Origin: a virus
Lineage: Duplodnaviria > Caudoviricetes
Strand: one strand, 5' to 3'
IMG/VR virus record: IMGVR_UViG_3300031701_000003
Location: 1 to 41,564 of that record
Length of the DNA stretch: 41,564 bases
Part shown: positions 25,940 through 34,768 of the stretch, piece after piece
Layout of the letters: every line of letters starts with the position of its first letter
Position numbering within the stretch: the stretch's first letter is position 1
The notes under the pieces: model-generated
Seen by the model: the letters and a program-made list of their open reading frames with translations, nothing else
Told to the model about the DNA's origin: nothing
The model's database searches: none
Made by a program: the position numbers and the translations under genes

Positions 25940-27537
25940 CCGAGGACTTCAAAAACGACACGCGGTGGAAGGTGTCGCCGTCACAGCTCAAAGTGTTTTC
26001 GGCGTGCCCCCGCAAGTGGGGCTTTCGATACATCGATGGGCTTGATGGTGGGTCGAGTAAAGCCGCGGAGCTAGGGACGCGCGTGCACACTCTTCTCGAA
26101 GAGTATCTCCGCGATGGTGCGGCGTTGCCCGACACCCGAGAGGGGAAGATCGCCGCGCCCGGGTTGGAGTTTCTCCCGGGCCCTTCCGAGGCAACTTTCG
26201 TCGAGGCCAAATTCATCTTCGACGTCGACGGGATCCTCTTTCGCGGCATCGTTGATCTCGGTTTCGAGGACGATGTCGGGGTGTGGATCTCCGATCACAA
26301 AACATCGAGCGCCCCGGAGCGCTACGGGTTGACACCGCCCGAGATGCCCGAGGATCTGCAAGCGATCACGTATGCCGTGTTCGGGCTAGACTTTTGGGAG
26401 GTCGATGAGGTAAGATTGCAGTGGACCTACTTTCGCACCCGTGGCAAAGCCTCCGCTTTCCCCGTGCGTGCCAGCATCACCAGAGACACCGCCAACGAAA
26501 ACTTCCGACGACTAGCGCTACCGATCGCGCGGGACATTGTCCGCGCACGAGACGAGCACAACGAGACAGGCAAGAAGTCCAATGACTTCCTGCCGACGAA
26601 CACGAAAGCATGCGGGGACTTTGGGGGTTGCCCGCATGCCGAATACTGTGAACGATCCCCCGATGAACGCATCACCGCCGTCTTCGGTGAACACAAGAAC
26701 AAGGACAAGAACGATATGGGACTCAAGGAATTACTCGAAGCAAAACGCGCCAAGAATGGCGCTCCAAAAACCAACGGCAAGAAGCAAGCGCCGCCACGCA
26801 TCGCGGAGATCGTCGAAGCCGCCAACGAGGACACGATCAACGCACCCGAAAAGCCGGCCAACATCGCCGTCGAGCGCGTGCTATCTCGGGCGATCGGCAA
26901 GCTCACCGGCAACGCGGCGGGCAAGAAAGCAAAAGCAAAACAACTCACCGACGCGGTCGCGGGTATCACGTCCGCCATCGAGGCAACGCGCATCGTGAAA
27001 GCGAAACTCGAAGAGCTTGAAGCGAAGCCCGAGAAAGCAGCACCGAAGGGCAAGAGCCCGACACAAGCCGAGGTGCTTGTGCTCGTTGCCGAGAGTGTTG
27101 AGGGGATCTTCGCAAGCACAAGTGCCAAGGCCACCGACGAGCAGCCTTTCGTCAACGGTCGCACGCTTGCGGCGATGAAGAAAAAGGGGTTGATCAACTA
27201 CCGCGACAACCACCCAACGCCCGGCGTTCGCATGGTCCGCTTGTCGGACATCGGACGCGCGGCACTCGTGCCCGAGCCCGAGCCCTCATTGGCCGCAAGG
27301 GCTTGTGAGGAGGCTTTGCGGCAAGAGGAAAAAGAGGAGACCCCGGCACCGAAGCGCAAGGGCAACAACCCGGCACCGAAGCGCAAGGGCAACAACCCGC
27401 CACCGGTGGCGGGGACGATCGACACGGCGGCCGACTTGTCGGACCGCCAAGCGTTCGCAATGTTCTTGATCAACTCGGGCGGCGATGTCGGTCTTGCGAA
27501 GAGCATGATGAGCGCGTTTGATGGGCGCTTCGCATGA
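25903..27537 (+). CDS. PD-(D/E)XK (RecB/Cas4-like) exonuclease with long C-terminal extension (544 aa)
   Basis: ATG after GGAGGA. SPSQL..FSACPRKW, GTRVH, GIVD, ISDHKT, QAITYA and CGDFGGCPHAEYC Fe-S-type cysteines. Confidence 0.8.
   Translation: MEKRSITNKLGIAEDFKNDTRWKVSPSQLKVFSACPRKWGFRYIDGLDGGSSKAAELGTRVHTLLEEYLRDGAALPDTREGKIAAPGLEFLPGPSEATFVEAKFIFDVDGILFRGIVDLGFEDDVGVWISDHKTSSAPERYGLTPPEMPEDLQAITYAVFGLDFWEVDEVRLQWTYFRTRGKASAFPVRASITRDTANENFRRLALPIARDIVRARDEHNETGKKSNDFLPTNTKACGDFGGCPHAEYCERSPDERITAVFGEHKNKDKNDMGLKELLEAKRAKNGAPKTNGKKQAPPRIAEIVEAANEDTINAPEKPANIAVERVLSRAIGKLTGNAAGKKAKAKQLTDAVAGITSAIEATRIVKAKLEELEAKPEKAAPKGKSPTQAEVLVLVAESVEGIFASTSAKATDEQPFVNGRTLAAMKKKGLINYRDNHPTPGVRMVRLSDIGRAALVPEPEPSLAARACEEALRQEEKEETPAPKRKGNNPAPKRKGNNPPPVAGTIDTAADLSDRQAFAMFLINSGGDVGLAKSMMSAFDGRFA
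27343..27396 (+). repeat. 27-bp in-frame tandem duplication (PAPKRKGNN x2)
   Basis: CCGGCACCGAAGCGCAAGGGCAACAAC occurs twice in tandem. Confidence 0.9.
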
Positions 27538-27695
27538 TCCGTTGGGGCACATTCTTTGTGCTCATGTTTTGGCTAGCGTCCCCCGCGTGGGGCGTGGCCT
27601 TTGCACTCTCGGCAACCTTCGCGGCGGGCGTGATCGTCGTGGGGTACGAGTGGCACAAGTACAGATCGAGGACGTGGAACGATGAGCAAGAATAA
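27534..27695 (+). CDS. Small membrane protein (53 aa, not in ORF track)
   Basis: ATGA coupling to the nuclease gene. MIRWGTFFVLMFWLASPAWGVAFALSATFAAGVIVVGYEWHK is hydrophobic. Confidence 0.55.
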   Translation: MIRWGTFFVLMFWLASPAWGVAFALSATFAAGVIVVGYEWHKYRSRTWNDEQE

Positions 27696-27819
27696 GAACA
27701 AGAACAAGGGCAACACGCGGGGCATGATCGCCACCGGGCGAGCCGGCAAGTGGGCCGGTGGTCGCGTGTTGTTTTTCAAAGTGCGAGTACCGTGGGCAAC
27801 GCAACAATCGAAAGGATGA
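27682..27819 (+). CDS. Small basic protein (45 aa, not in ORF track)
   Basis: MSKNKNKNKGNTRG..., stop overlaps the helicase ATG (ATGA). Confidence 0.45.
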   Translation: MSKNKNKNKGNTRGMIATGRAGKWAGGRVLFFKVRVPWATQQSKG

Positions 27820-29570
27820 AGGCGGGCGCGCGTCGACGTGCGCAAGCTACTCGCAACGCCATCGGCACCGAGCCCGGCACACCGGCGTCGGTGTCGGCGG
27901 CACTTGATGCCGCCTTCGCTCCAAAGCCGGCAACGATCCCCGGGTACGAAGGGGACACGCACGGCCACGTGAACAACACCGAGGACTTCCGACGCGTGCA
28001 CGATCTGCCCCGTCGAGACTGGCACACGCGCACCGACATCGACGACCTCGTTGCGTTGCTCACCGCGGAGTACAAGACACCCTCGGGGTCGATGGTGTTG
28101 CGACCGATCCAAGCCGTGACCCTCGAAGCCTTGCACGACATCCGCGGTTGCTTCGGTGCCATCGGTGTCGGTGAGGGCAAGACGTTGATCACCTATCTCG
28201 CACCTCTTGTGCTCGGTGCAAGGCGGCCCTTGTTGATCGTGCCTGCCAAGCTCAAGGAGAAGACCGCGCGAGAGTTTGCGGCACTGTCGAAGGACTGGCA
28301 AAGCGGACCGGCCATCGAGATCGTTTCGTACGAGTGGCTAGGGCGCGTAGGTGCGGCCGACTTTCTCGATGGCTTCGACCTTGTCGCGGCGGATGAAGTG
28401 CACAAGATCCGCAACCCGAGCGCGGCCGTGACTCGACGAGTCGTGAGGTACTTGCGAGCCAACCCCGGCGTCGCTTTCCTTGCGTTGTCGGGGACCGTGG
28501 CGTCGAGATCGTTGATGGACTTTCACCACCTCCTTGCGCTCACCGTTGGGCCCGAGCAAATGCCCTTGCCGCAAGCACGCACCGAGTGCAAGACGTGGGC
28601 GCGTGCGGTCGACGAGAAGATCACGACGCGGGGCCGCCCCGGTGCGCTCAAGCTGCTACTCGACGAAGGCACGCGCCCCTCGTTGCAAGCGATACGCGAG
28701 GCGGTCGGCTCGCGGATCTATCAGACGGCCGGCGTGGTCAACACGATACGCAAGAGCGTCGACGCGTCGATCGTGATGGAGCTACGCAAGACCGAGATGC
28801 ACCCGAGCGCGGAGATCCTAGTCGACGACTTGATCAACCTCAAGATCGCACCCAACGGGGACGAAGCATTTCCCGCGGATGTTGCCCGGCATATCCGCAC
28901 GCTTGCGTGCGGTTTCTATTACGTTTGGGATCCGGCACCGCCCGAGGACTGGCTTGATGGTCGACGCAACTGGAAACGCCTAGCCCGCGACATCCTTGAG
29001 CGCGAAGACGAAGGGCTCGACAGCGAACTACAAATTGCGAACGCGATACGATCGGGCGCGGTGAGTTACGGCGCCGACATCCTCGAAGAATGGACCGAAG
29101 TGCGCGACACTTTCAAACCGAATTCTGTGCCGGTATGGATCCACGATCCACCGGTCGACAAGCCGACCGAGCCGACGATCGTTTGGGTCGAGCACCGAGC
29201 CGCGGGGCGCAAGCTCTCGGAGCTGTGGGGCGTGCCCTACTTTCACCGGCTCGGACTCGACGACGCGGGCAACTTTATCGACGACGCGAGCGGAGTGATC
29301 GTCGCGTCGATCGCTAGCAACTCCGAGGGGCGCAACCTCCAAGCGTGGCACCGCAACCTCGTGATCACTCCCCCCGCCAACGGGCGCACGTGGGAGCAAC
29401 TGCTAGGCCGCACGCACCGACAAGGACAGACCGCCGACGAAGTGTCGGTCGACGTGCTCGTTGGGCACGGGATGATCCGCCGACAACTTCGGCAAGCCTT
29501 CGACGATGCGCGCTTCATCGAGGCGACAACGCGACAACCTCAAAAGCTCTTACAAACTGATCTTACTTAG
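27816..29570 (+). CDS. SF2 (SNF2-like) DNA helicase (584 aa)
   Basis: LRPIQ, GVGEGKT, DEVH, LSGT, EGRNLQ and EQLLGRTHRQGQ motifs. Confidence 0.85.
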   Translation: MKAGARRRAQATRNAIGTEPGTPASVSAALDAAFAPKPATIPGYEGDTHGHVNNTEDFRRVHDLPRRDWHTRTDIDDLVALLTAEYKTPSGSMVLRPIQAVTLEALHDIRGCFGAIGVGEGKTLITYLAPLVLGARRPLLIVPAKLKEKTAREFAALSKDWQSGPAIEIVSYEWLGRVGAADFLDGFDLVAADEVHKIRNPSAAVTRRVVRYLRANPGVAFLALSGTVASRSLMDFHHLLALTVGPEQMPLPQARTECKTWARAVDEKITTRGRPGALKLLLDEGTRPSLQAIREAVGSRIYQTAGVVNTIRKSVDASIVMELRKTEMHPSAEILVDDLINLKIAPNGDEAFPADVARHIRTLACGFYYVWDPAPPEDWLDGRRNWKRLARDILEREDEGLDSELQIANAIRSGAVSYGADILEEWTEVRDTFKPNSVPVWIHDPPVDKPTEPTIVWVEHRAAGRKLSELWGVPYFHRLGLDDAGNFIDDASGVIVASIASNSEGRNLQAWHRNLVITPPANGRTWEQLLGRTHRQGQTADEVSVDVLVGHGMIRRQLRQAFDDARFIEATTRQPQKLLQTDLT

Positions 29571-29617
29571 CGAAACAAGAACAAGAACAAGAACCCAAAC
29601 CAACAAGGAAAAACACA

Positions 29618-30076
29618 ATGCCAAACATGGACAAATTATTTTCGGACTTCGACGACGCGGACCCCTCCAAGACCTCGGGACAAAACGACAAGATCAACGT
29701 GCAAGGTCGGCACGTCGTCGAGATCACGTCCGTCCGATACAAAGAGTCTGATCAGTACAACGCGATCTACTTTCTCGTTGACTTCAAGATCGTCGAGACG
29801 ACTTCCGACATGGTCAAAGTCGGTGCCGAGTACACGTGGAGCCACGATATGACGAACAAGTTTTTCGGGGCTGCTAACACAAAGCAATTCATCGCGGCCG
29901 CGGTCGGTCTCGATGCGAAGAGCGACGAAGCGAAGGCGCTTGATCGGTCGAGCGTCGAAGAGGCATGGGGCGAAGACCAACCCCTTGCGGGGTCGGTCGT
30001 TGGGTTGTTGACGCAACCCAAGGAGACCAAGGGCGGCTACGCCTTCGTCGTGCACACTTGGGCGGTGCACGCCTAA
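29618..30076 (+). CDS. Putative single-stranded DNA-binding protein (152 aa)
   Basis: OB-like GRHVVEITSV...FLVDFKIVE, between helicase and polymerase, with a strong AAGGA SD. Confidence 0.55.
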   Translation: MPNMDKLFSDFDDADPSKTSGQNDKINVQGRHVVEITSVRYKESDQYNAIYFLVDFKIVETTSDMVKVGAEYTWSHDMTNKFFGAANTKQFIAAAVGLDAKSDEAKALDRSSVEEAWGEDQPLAGSVVGLLTQPKETKGGYAFVVHTWAVHA

Positions 30077-31956
30077 TGTTTACCGCGCTCGACTCGGAGA
30101 CTTTCTTGATCGCACCGGGCAACCTTGCCCCGACGATGGTGTGCGTGAGTTGGGCGCGGGATACCGCGTCGGGCGTCGTTCATGCGAACGACCCCGGCGC
30201 CTTTGAGATCGTTGCCCATGCCATCAACGAAGGGCACACGATCTACGCCAACGCACCTTTCGACCTTGCGGTCTTTGCTCGCAAATGGCCCACCCTCCTC
30301 CCCGATATTTTCAAGGCACTCGATGAGGACCGAGTGCACGACGTACAGACCCGCGAGAAACTTCTTGATCTCGCCCGCGGCACCTTCCGATTCGAGGAGG
30401 ATGAAGACGGAAAGATCCGCGCGAAGGGGTACTCACTTTTTGATCTCGCGTTGCGTCGTCTTGGGCGCAAGCTCGACAAGGACGAATGGCGCATGCGCTA
30501 CCACGATCTTTGGGACGTGCCGATCGAAGAGTGGCCCGCGGGCGCGATCGACTACGCCGACTCGGATGCCGTGTCGACCTTGCAGATCTTCGAGGCGCAA
30601 GAGTCGCTCAAGAAGTACCTCGGCAACGCGACCGCACAAGTGCGGGCGCACTTCGCTTTGCATCTCATGGCGTGCCGTGGCTTTCGGACTAACCCCGAAG
30701 CGGTCGACCGCCTTGAGGTGATGGTGCGCGAGCGCATCGACGAAGTGCGCGCGGACCTCGAAGAGATCGGGCTTGTCCGCCCCGATGGATCGCGCGACAC
30801 GAAGACCGCGAAGCGGTTGATGGTCGAGACCCTCGGGGATGAAGTCGTCTTCACGACGAAGGGTCTAGACCTCTTGAAAAAGATGGAGAAGTCGAGCAAG
30901 CAATTGCGCGAGGATGCCAATTTTATTTCACTGTCCGAGGACTCTTGCGTGTTGTCGGCGCACCCTCACTTGCTCGCGTACTCGACGTACACGAGGTACC
31001 GCAACTTGCTCACCGGATCGGTCAAGCACTTGCGCCGCGGAGTGACGACGCCGATCCAAACACGGTACGAGATCTTGATGGAGACGGGGCGCACTTCATC
31101 GAGCGCGCCCAACGTGCAAAACCTTCGACGCGCGCCCGGTGTGCGTGAGTGTTTCGTGCCGCGTCCGGGGTACGTCTTGATCGCTTGCGATTACAGTGCC
31201 GCGGAGTTGCACACGCTCGCGCAAGTGTGCCTCGATCTCTTCGGGGAGTCGAAGCTAGCCGACGCGCTCAACGAAGGCATCGACGTGCACGCGCTCGTTG
31301 GGTCTCAAATCGTCGGCATCGATTACGCCGACCTCGTTGCGCTCATCAAAGCCGGCGACGTCGAGTCCGCCGACGCGCGCCAACTTGCGAAGGCCGCCAA
31401 CTTCGGTTTCCCCGGGGGGTGTGGTGCCAAGCGCTTCGTCGGACAAGCCCACGGGTACGGGCTCAACATCGAGATCCGCGACGCGGCAAGACTCAAGGCA
31501 ACATGGCTCCGGGCGTGGCCCGAGATGCGATCGTTTTTCGACTACGTCGGCAAGCAAGAAGACGACCGCGGTTTCTATTGGGTGAAGCAACTACGCGCCG
31601 AAAGATTGCGCGCCCGTTGCACGTACACCTCGGCTTGCAATTCTTACTTTCAAGGACTCGCCGCGGACGGTGCGAAGGCGGCCGCGTACGAGGTCGCCAA
31701 GGCGCAACGGTGCGGCGCACCGGGGCCGCTCGTTGGCACGTACTCGCTCGCGTTTATTCACGACGAGATCATCGTCGAAGCACCCGAGGAGACGGCACAC
31801 GAAGCGGCCCTCGCGTTGTCGGCCGTGATGGAGCGAGCCTTCAACCGCTTCGTGCCCGACGTGCCCACGAAAGCCGAGCCGACTGTGATGCGCTACTGGT
31901 CCAAGAAAGCAAAGCAAACTTGGGACGGGGATCGACTGATACCGTGGGAGGGGTGA
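30076..31956 (+). CDS. polA: Family A DNA polymerase with 3'-5' exonuclease (626 aa)
   Basis: ALDSET, NAPFDL and YADSD exo motifs. TGRTSS..PNVQN, motif A DYSAAEL, motif B RQLAKAANFG, motif C IHDE. Confidence 0.92.
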   Translation: MFTALDSETFLIAPGNLAPTMVCVSWARDTASGVVHANDPGAFEIVAHAINEGHTIYANAPFDLAVFARKWPTLLPDIFKALDEDRVHDVQTREKLLDLARGTFRFEEDEDGKIRAKGYSLFDLALRRLGRKLDKDEWRMRYHDLWDVPIEEWPAGAIDYADSDAVSTLQIFEAQESLKKYLGNATAQVRAHFALHLMACRGFRTNPEAVDRLEVMVRERIDEVRADLEEIGLVRPDGSRDTKTAKRLMVETLGDEVVFTTKGLDLLKKMEKSSKQLREDANFISLSEDSCVLSAHPHLLAYSTYTRYRNLLTGSVKHLRRGVTTPIQTRYEILMETGRTSSSAPNVQNLRRAPGVRECFVPRPGYVLIACDYSAAELHTLAQVCLDLFGESKLADALNEGIDVHALVGSQIVGIDYADLVALIKAGDVESADARQLAKAANFGFPGGCGAKRFVGQAHGYGLNIEIRDAARLKATWLRAWPEMRSFFDYVGKQEDDRGFYWVKQLRAERLRARCTYTSACNSYFQGLAADGAKAAAYEVAKAQRCGAPGPLVGTYSLAFIHDEIIVEAPEETAHEAALALSAVMERAFNRFVPDVPTKAEPTVMRYWSKKAKQTWDGDRLIPWEG

Positions 31957-31959
31957 ACG

Positions 31960-32295
31960 ATGAAGCGCCGCCCGTTTCTACTCCTCCCGATCGCCGCGTG
32001 CGGGGCCGTGGTCGATCTTCCGAGATCCGATCTTGGGTCTGCCCCCGGTGCGGCAAGCAAGGTGAGCAAGGTTATCGAGGCTGCGTTATCCGAGGACCGT
32101 GCGCGCCCCGTGTTTGATCAACTAGGCGCCGTCGATCGTTGGGAGCTTTATCATGCGCTCATCGTCGACGCGAAGTCGAAGGACTGCGCGCACCTTTTAC
32201 TCATGGCGGCGATCGAAGATCCGCTCGTCAACGACAGCCAAGAAGCCGCACTCTTGGACGTCTTCAACCTCAACCACGGAAACAAGAAACGATGA
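31960..32295 (+). CDS. Hypothetical protein, possible lipoprotein (111 aa)
   Basis: MKRRPFLLLPIAAC lipobox-like N-terminus, GGAGGG SD. Confidence 0.55.
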   Translation: MKRRPFLLLPIAACGAVVDLPRSDLGSAPGAASKVSKVIEAALSEDRARPVFDQLGAVDRWELYHALIVDAKSKDCAHLLLMAAIEDPLVNDSQEAALLDVFNLNHGNKKR

Positions 32296-32507
32296 TCGAA
32301 CTAACCCACGACCCCGACCGCCCCGGCACCTTGACCGATGGGCGGCACACGTTTTTCAAGTGCATCACAACGCCGCGATGGCGATGGGCCGAAAGCCACT
32401 TCCACGACGACGGGCTTGGCATCGCCGGGCACGGTGCCGCGTCGACTCTCGAAGAGGCACGCACCGCGGCACAGGCAAGCGCGGAGATCCGCGAGGCGAT
32501 CAAGTGA
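32292..32507 (+). CDS. Hypothetical protein (71 aa)
   Basis: ATGA/GTGA coupled on both sides. Confidence 0.6.
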   Translation: MIELTHDPDRPGTLTDGRHTFFKCITTPRWRWAESHFHDDGLGIAGHGAASTLEEARTAAQASAEIREAIK

Positions 32508-32803
32508 AACCCGGCAAGCTAATCTCCCTAGGTCTTGAGGTCGTCAAGTTACTAGGCAGGATCAAGACGCGAGATCCAAAGGTCCGCGCGAAGTCGATGC
32601 GGGGGCGCGCGAGGCTCTTGCACGATCAAGCCGACGCACTCAAGACCGAGATGCGACGCCATGAATTGAGCAGTCGCAACGGGTCGAAGAAGACCCGACG
32701 CTTTCACGCACGAAAGCAACGACAGATCGGCCGGCGCATCGGTCGAATTGATAACCGTGCTTGGTGGTGGAGTCGCCAAGCCGAGAGGATAAATCCACAA
32801 TGA
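32504..32803 (+). CDS. Very basic hypothetical protein (99 aa)
   Basis: GTGA/ATGA coupling, Arg/Lys-rich. Confidence 0.55.
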   Translation: MKPGKLISLGLEVVKLLGRIKTRDPKVRAKSMRGRARLLHDQADALKTEMRRHELSSRNGSKKTRRFHARKQRQIGRRIGRIDNRAWWWSRQAERINPQ

Positions 32804-33090
32804 GCAACCCCCAAGTAATTCACCTTCGTCCCCGCTCTTCCCTCCCCTTCGTCGAGTCTCGACCGTCGACGCCACCGCGTGAGCCGGCGCGAGAGATCGA
32901 GGTCGACATCCTATCCGACGAAGACGACACCGTTGAGACGCACCAGATCCCCGCGTCTGAGATCGGCGTGCCGCACGATGTTGCGAAGGCGTTGCACCTC
33001 AATAGAATCGTCGACTACAACACCGCGCGATCTCTCAACCTTGAGCAGCTTTTCGACCTATTGACGGAGGACGCAACGTGGAAGCGATAG
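32800..33090 (+). CDS. Hypothetical protein (96 aa)
   Basis: ATGA coupled, start MSNPQVIHL. Confidence 0.55.
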   Translation: MSNPQVIHLRPRSSLPFVESRPSTPPREPAREIEVDILSDEDDTVETHQIPASEIGVPHDVAKALHLNRIVDYNTARSLNLEQLFDLLTEDATWKR

Positions 33091-33593
33091 ACGCTCCATC
33101 GGTTCGGGAAGGCGAGACCCTTGATGAGTACATCGTGCGGCACGGCATCGATCACTTCTCGGCGCGTGAGGTCTTGACCATGCGCCGCCTCGGAGTGACG
33201 GTCGACGCACCGCCGCGCGCATGGTGGCCGCGCATGATCCCGACGCTCTTGTTGGCTGAGCGGATCCGAAGCAAGTGCGGGCACCCCTTGATCGTCGGCA
33301 ACGGATACCGACCCAACCCGTACAACAAGCAAGTCGGCGGCGCACGCAACTCGATGCACCTCCACTTCCGAGCCCTCGATCTCGACCTCCCCGATGGGCA
33401 CAAGTCCCGCGAAGATCAAGAGCGTCTGTACCGTGCCGCGGGTGAGTTGTACTTGACCCTCGGGCGCGACTTGAAAATTGGTCTTGGTCTGTACCGCTAC
33501 CACCGAGGCACGCGCGTGCACATTGACACCGGATACCGGCGCCGCTCATGGTCTCGCAAGTACGTGCAACCGTTGCTTCGGGAGTTGCGCTAA
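33078..33593 (+). CDS. Peptidase M15A family zinc peptidase, probable endolysin (171 aa)
   Basis: NGYR...YNKQVGGARNSMH...ALDL...VHIDTG motifs, GGAGG SD. Confidence 0.85.
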   Translation: MEAIDAPSVREGETLDEYIVRHGIDHFSAREVLTMRRLGVTVDAPPRAWWPRMIPTLLLAERIRSKCGHPLIVGNGYRPNPYNKQVGGARNSMHLHFRALDLDLPDGHKSREDQERLYRAAGELYLTLGRDLKIGLGLYRYHRGTRVHIDTGYRRRSWSRKYVQPLLRELR

Positions 33594-33596
33594 CAC

Positions 33597-34199
33597 ATGG
33601 AGTCGTTCGGACGAACCGCGCGAGAAGGTCGCGGAGATAAAAGCTTCACCCCCGCGTGGCTTGTCGAGATCGTCGACGCGCTTCTCGACGGGATCGACAC
33701 CGATCCATGTTGGCATCCCGAGAGCCACGTCCGCCCGTTCTTGCTCGCGTGCGATGGCGACGAACTCGGAGACGGTCTCGCCGCGACGTGGCTCGGTTCG
33801 GTGTGGGTCAATCCGCCTTACTCGAAGCCGGGACCGTGGATCGAGAAGTGTGAAGCGCACGCCGGCCCGGTGATCGCCTTGCTGAAGTGTGACACTTCGA
33901 CGAAGGCGTTCGCGGCGGTGTGGCGTGCGGACGTCCGAGTCTTCTTCTCGAAGCGCCTCAAGTTCGAAGGATACGGTGAAGCGCAGTCCGCCCCGTTCGC
34001 GTCGGTGCTCGCGGTGTGGAACGTCGACGCGGCTCTCGTCCGTGCTGCCTTCGAAGATCTCGGACATGTCGACGACGCGCGTGCGCTCCTCTCGGAAGCA
34101 AGCGCGCACGTGTTTCGCCAACAACACGCGGGCAAGCATGGGCAAGATCGACAAGACGCGATCGATCTCGGTCCGCGGATCTCGAAGGCGCTCGCATGA
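33597..34199 (+). CDS. Phage DNA N6-adenine methyltransferase (200 aa)
   Basis: FTP, IDTDPC, DGL...W and VWVNPPYS motifs. Confidence 0.85.
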   Translation: MESFGRTAREGRGDKSFTPAWLVEIVDALLDGIDTDPCWHPESHVRPFLLACDGDELGDGLAATWLGSVWVNPPYSKPGPWIEKCEAHAGPVIALLKCDTSTKAFAAVWRADVRVFFSKRLKFEGYGEAQSAPFASVLAVWNVDAALVRAAFEDLGHVDDARALLSEASAHVFRQQHAGKHGQDRQDAIDLGPRISKALA

Positions 34200-34609
34200 G
34201 TAAGCGCAAGCCGGGCGAGCTTACCGAAACGCAAGAGTCGATCGACTTCGCGCGATGGCTTCGACGTCGTCGACTTTTGTTTTGCCACGTACCCAACGAG
34301 GGGCGACGGGGCGCACGCGAAGCGGCGACGCTGCAACGCATGGGTGTCTCGTCGGGGGTGCCGGACTTTCTCGTCTTCTCGCCACCCCCGAAATTCGTCT
34401 TGGGTGTCGTCACGATCGACGGTGCCGAGTCCTACACGCGGGCCCGGGGCGTAGGGGTCGAGATGAAGCGAGCCCGTGGGGGGCGCGTGAGCGCCACACA
34501 AGCCAAGTGGATCGCGGACCTTGAGTGCGTTGGGTGGGTCGCGTTCGCGGCCGATGGTAGCAAAGATGCCATCGCGCGCATGGCGCACCTCGGGTACCCC
34601 CTATCCTGA
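34196..34609 (+). CDS. VRR-NUC family nuclease (137 aa)
   Basis: HVPNEG...GVSSGVPDF...VEMKR..GGRVSATQAKW. Confidence 0.85.
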   Translation: MSKRKPGELTETQESIDFARWLRRRRLLFCHVPNEGRRGAREAATLQRMGVSSGVPDFLVFSPPPKFVLGVVTIDGAESYTRARGVGVEMKRARGGRVSATQAKWIADLECVGWVAFAADGSKDAIARMAHLGYPLS

Positions 34610-34768
34610 GAAGCCATAGGCGCCACGCTAAGGCCCCTCCAACCTCGGAGGTCCGAGCACGCCACCCCTCCGACAGAACCTCACAGCGAGGCGTGTGTGG
34701 CTTCTAAGGTGTATCTGGGGGCGTCTTAGTCGGGCCCCGAGCGTATTGAGCCCCAAATTGGGGTGCGC

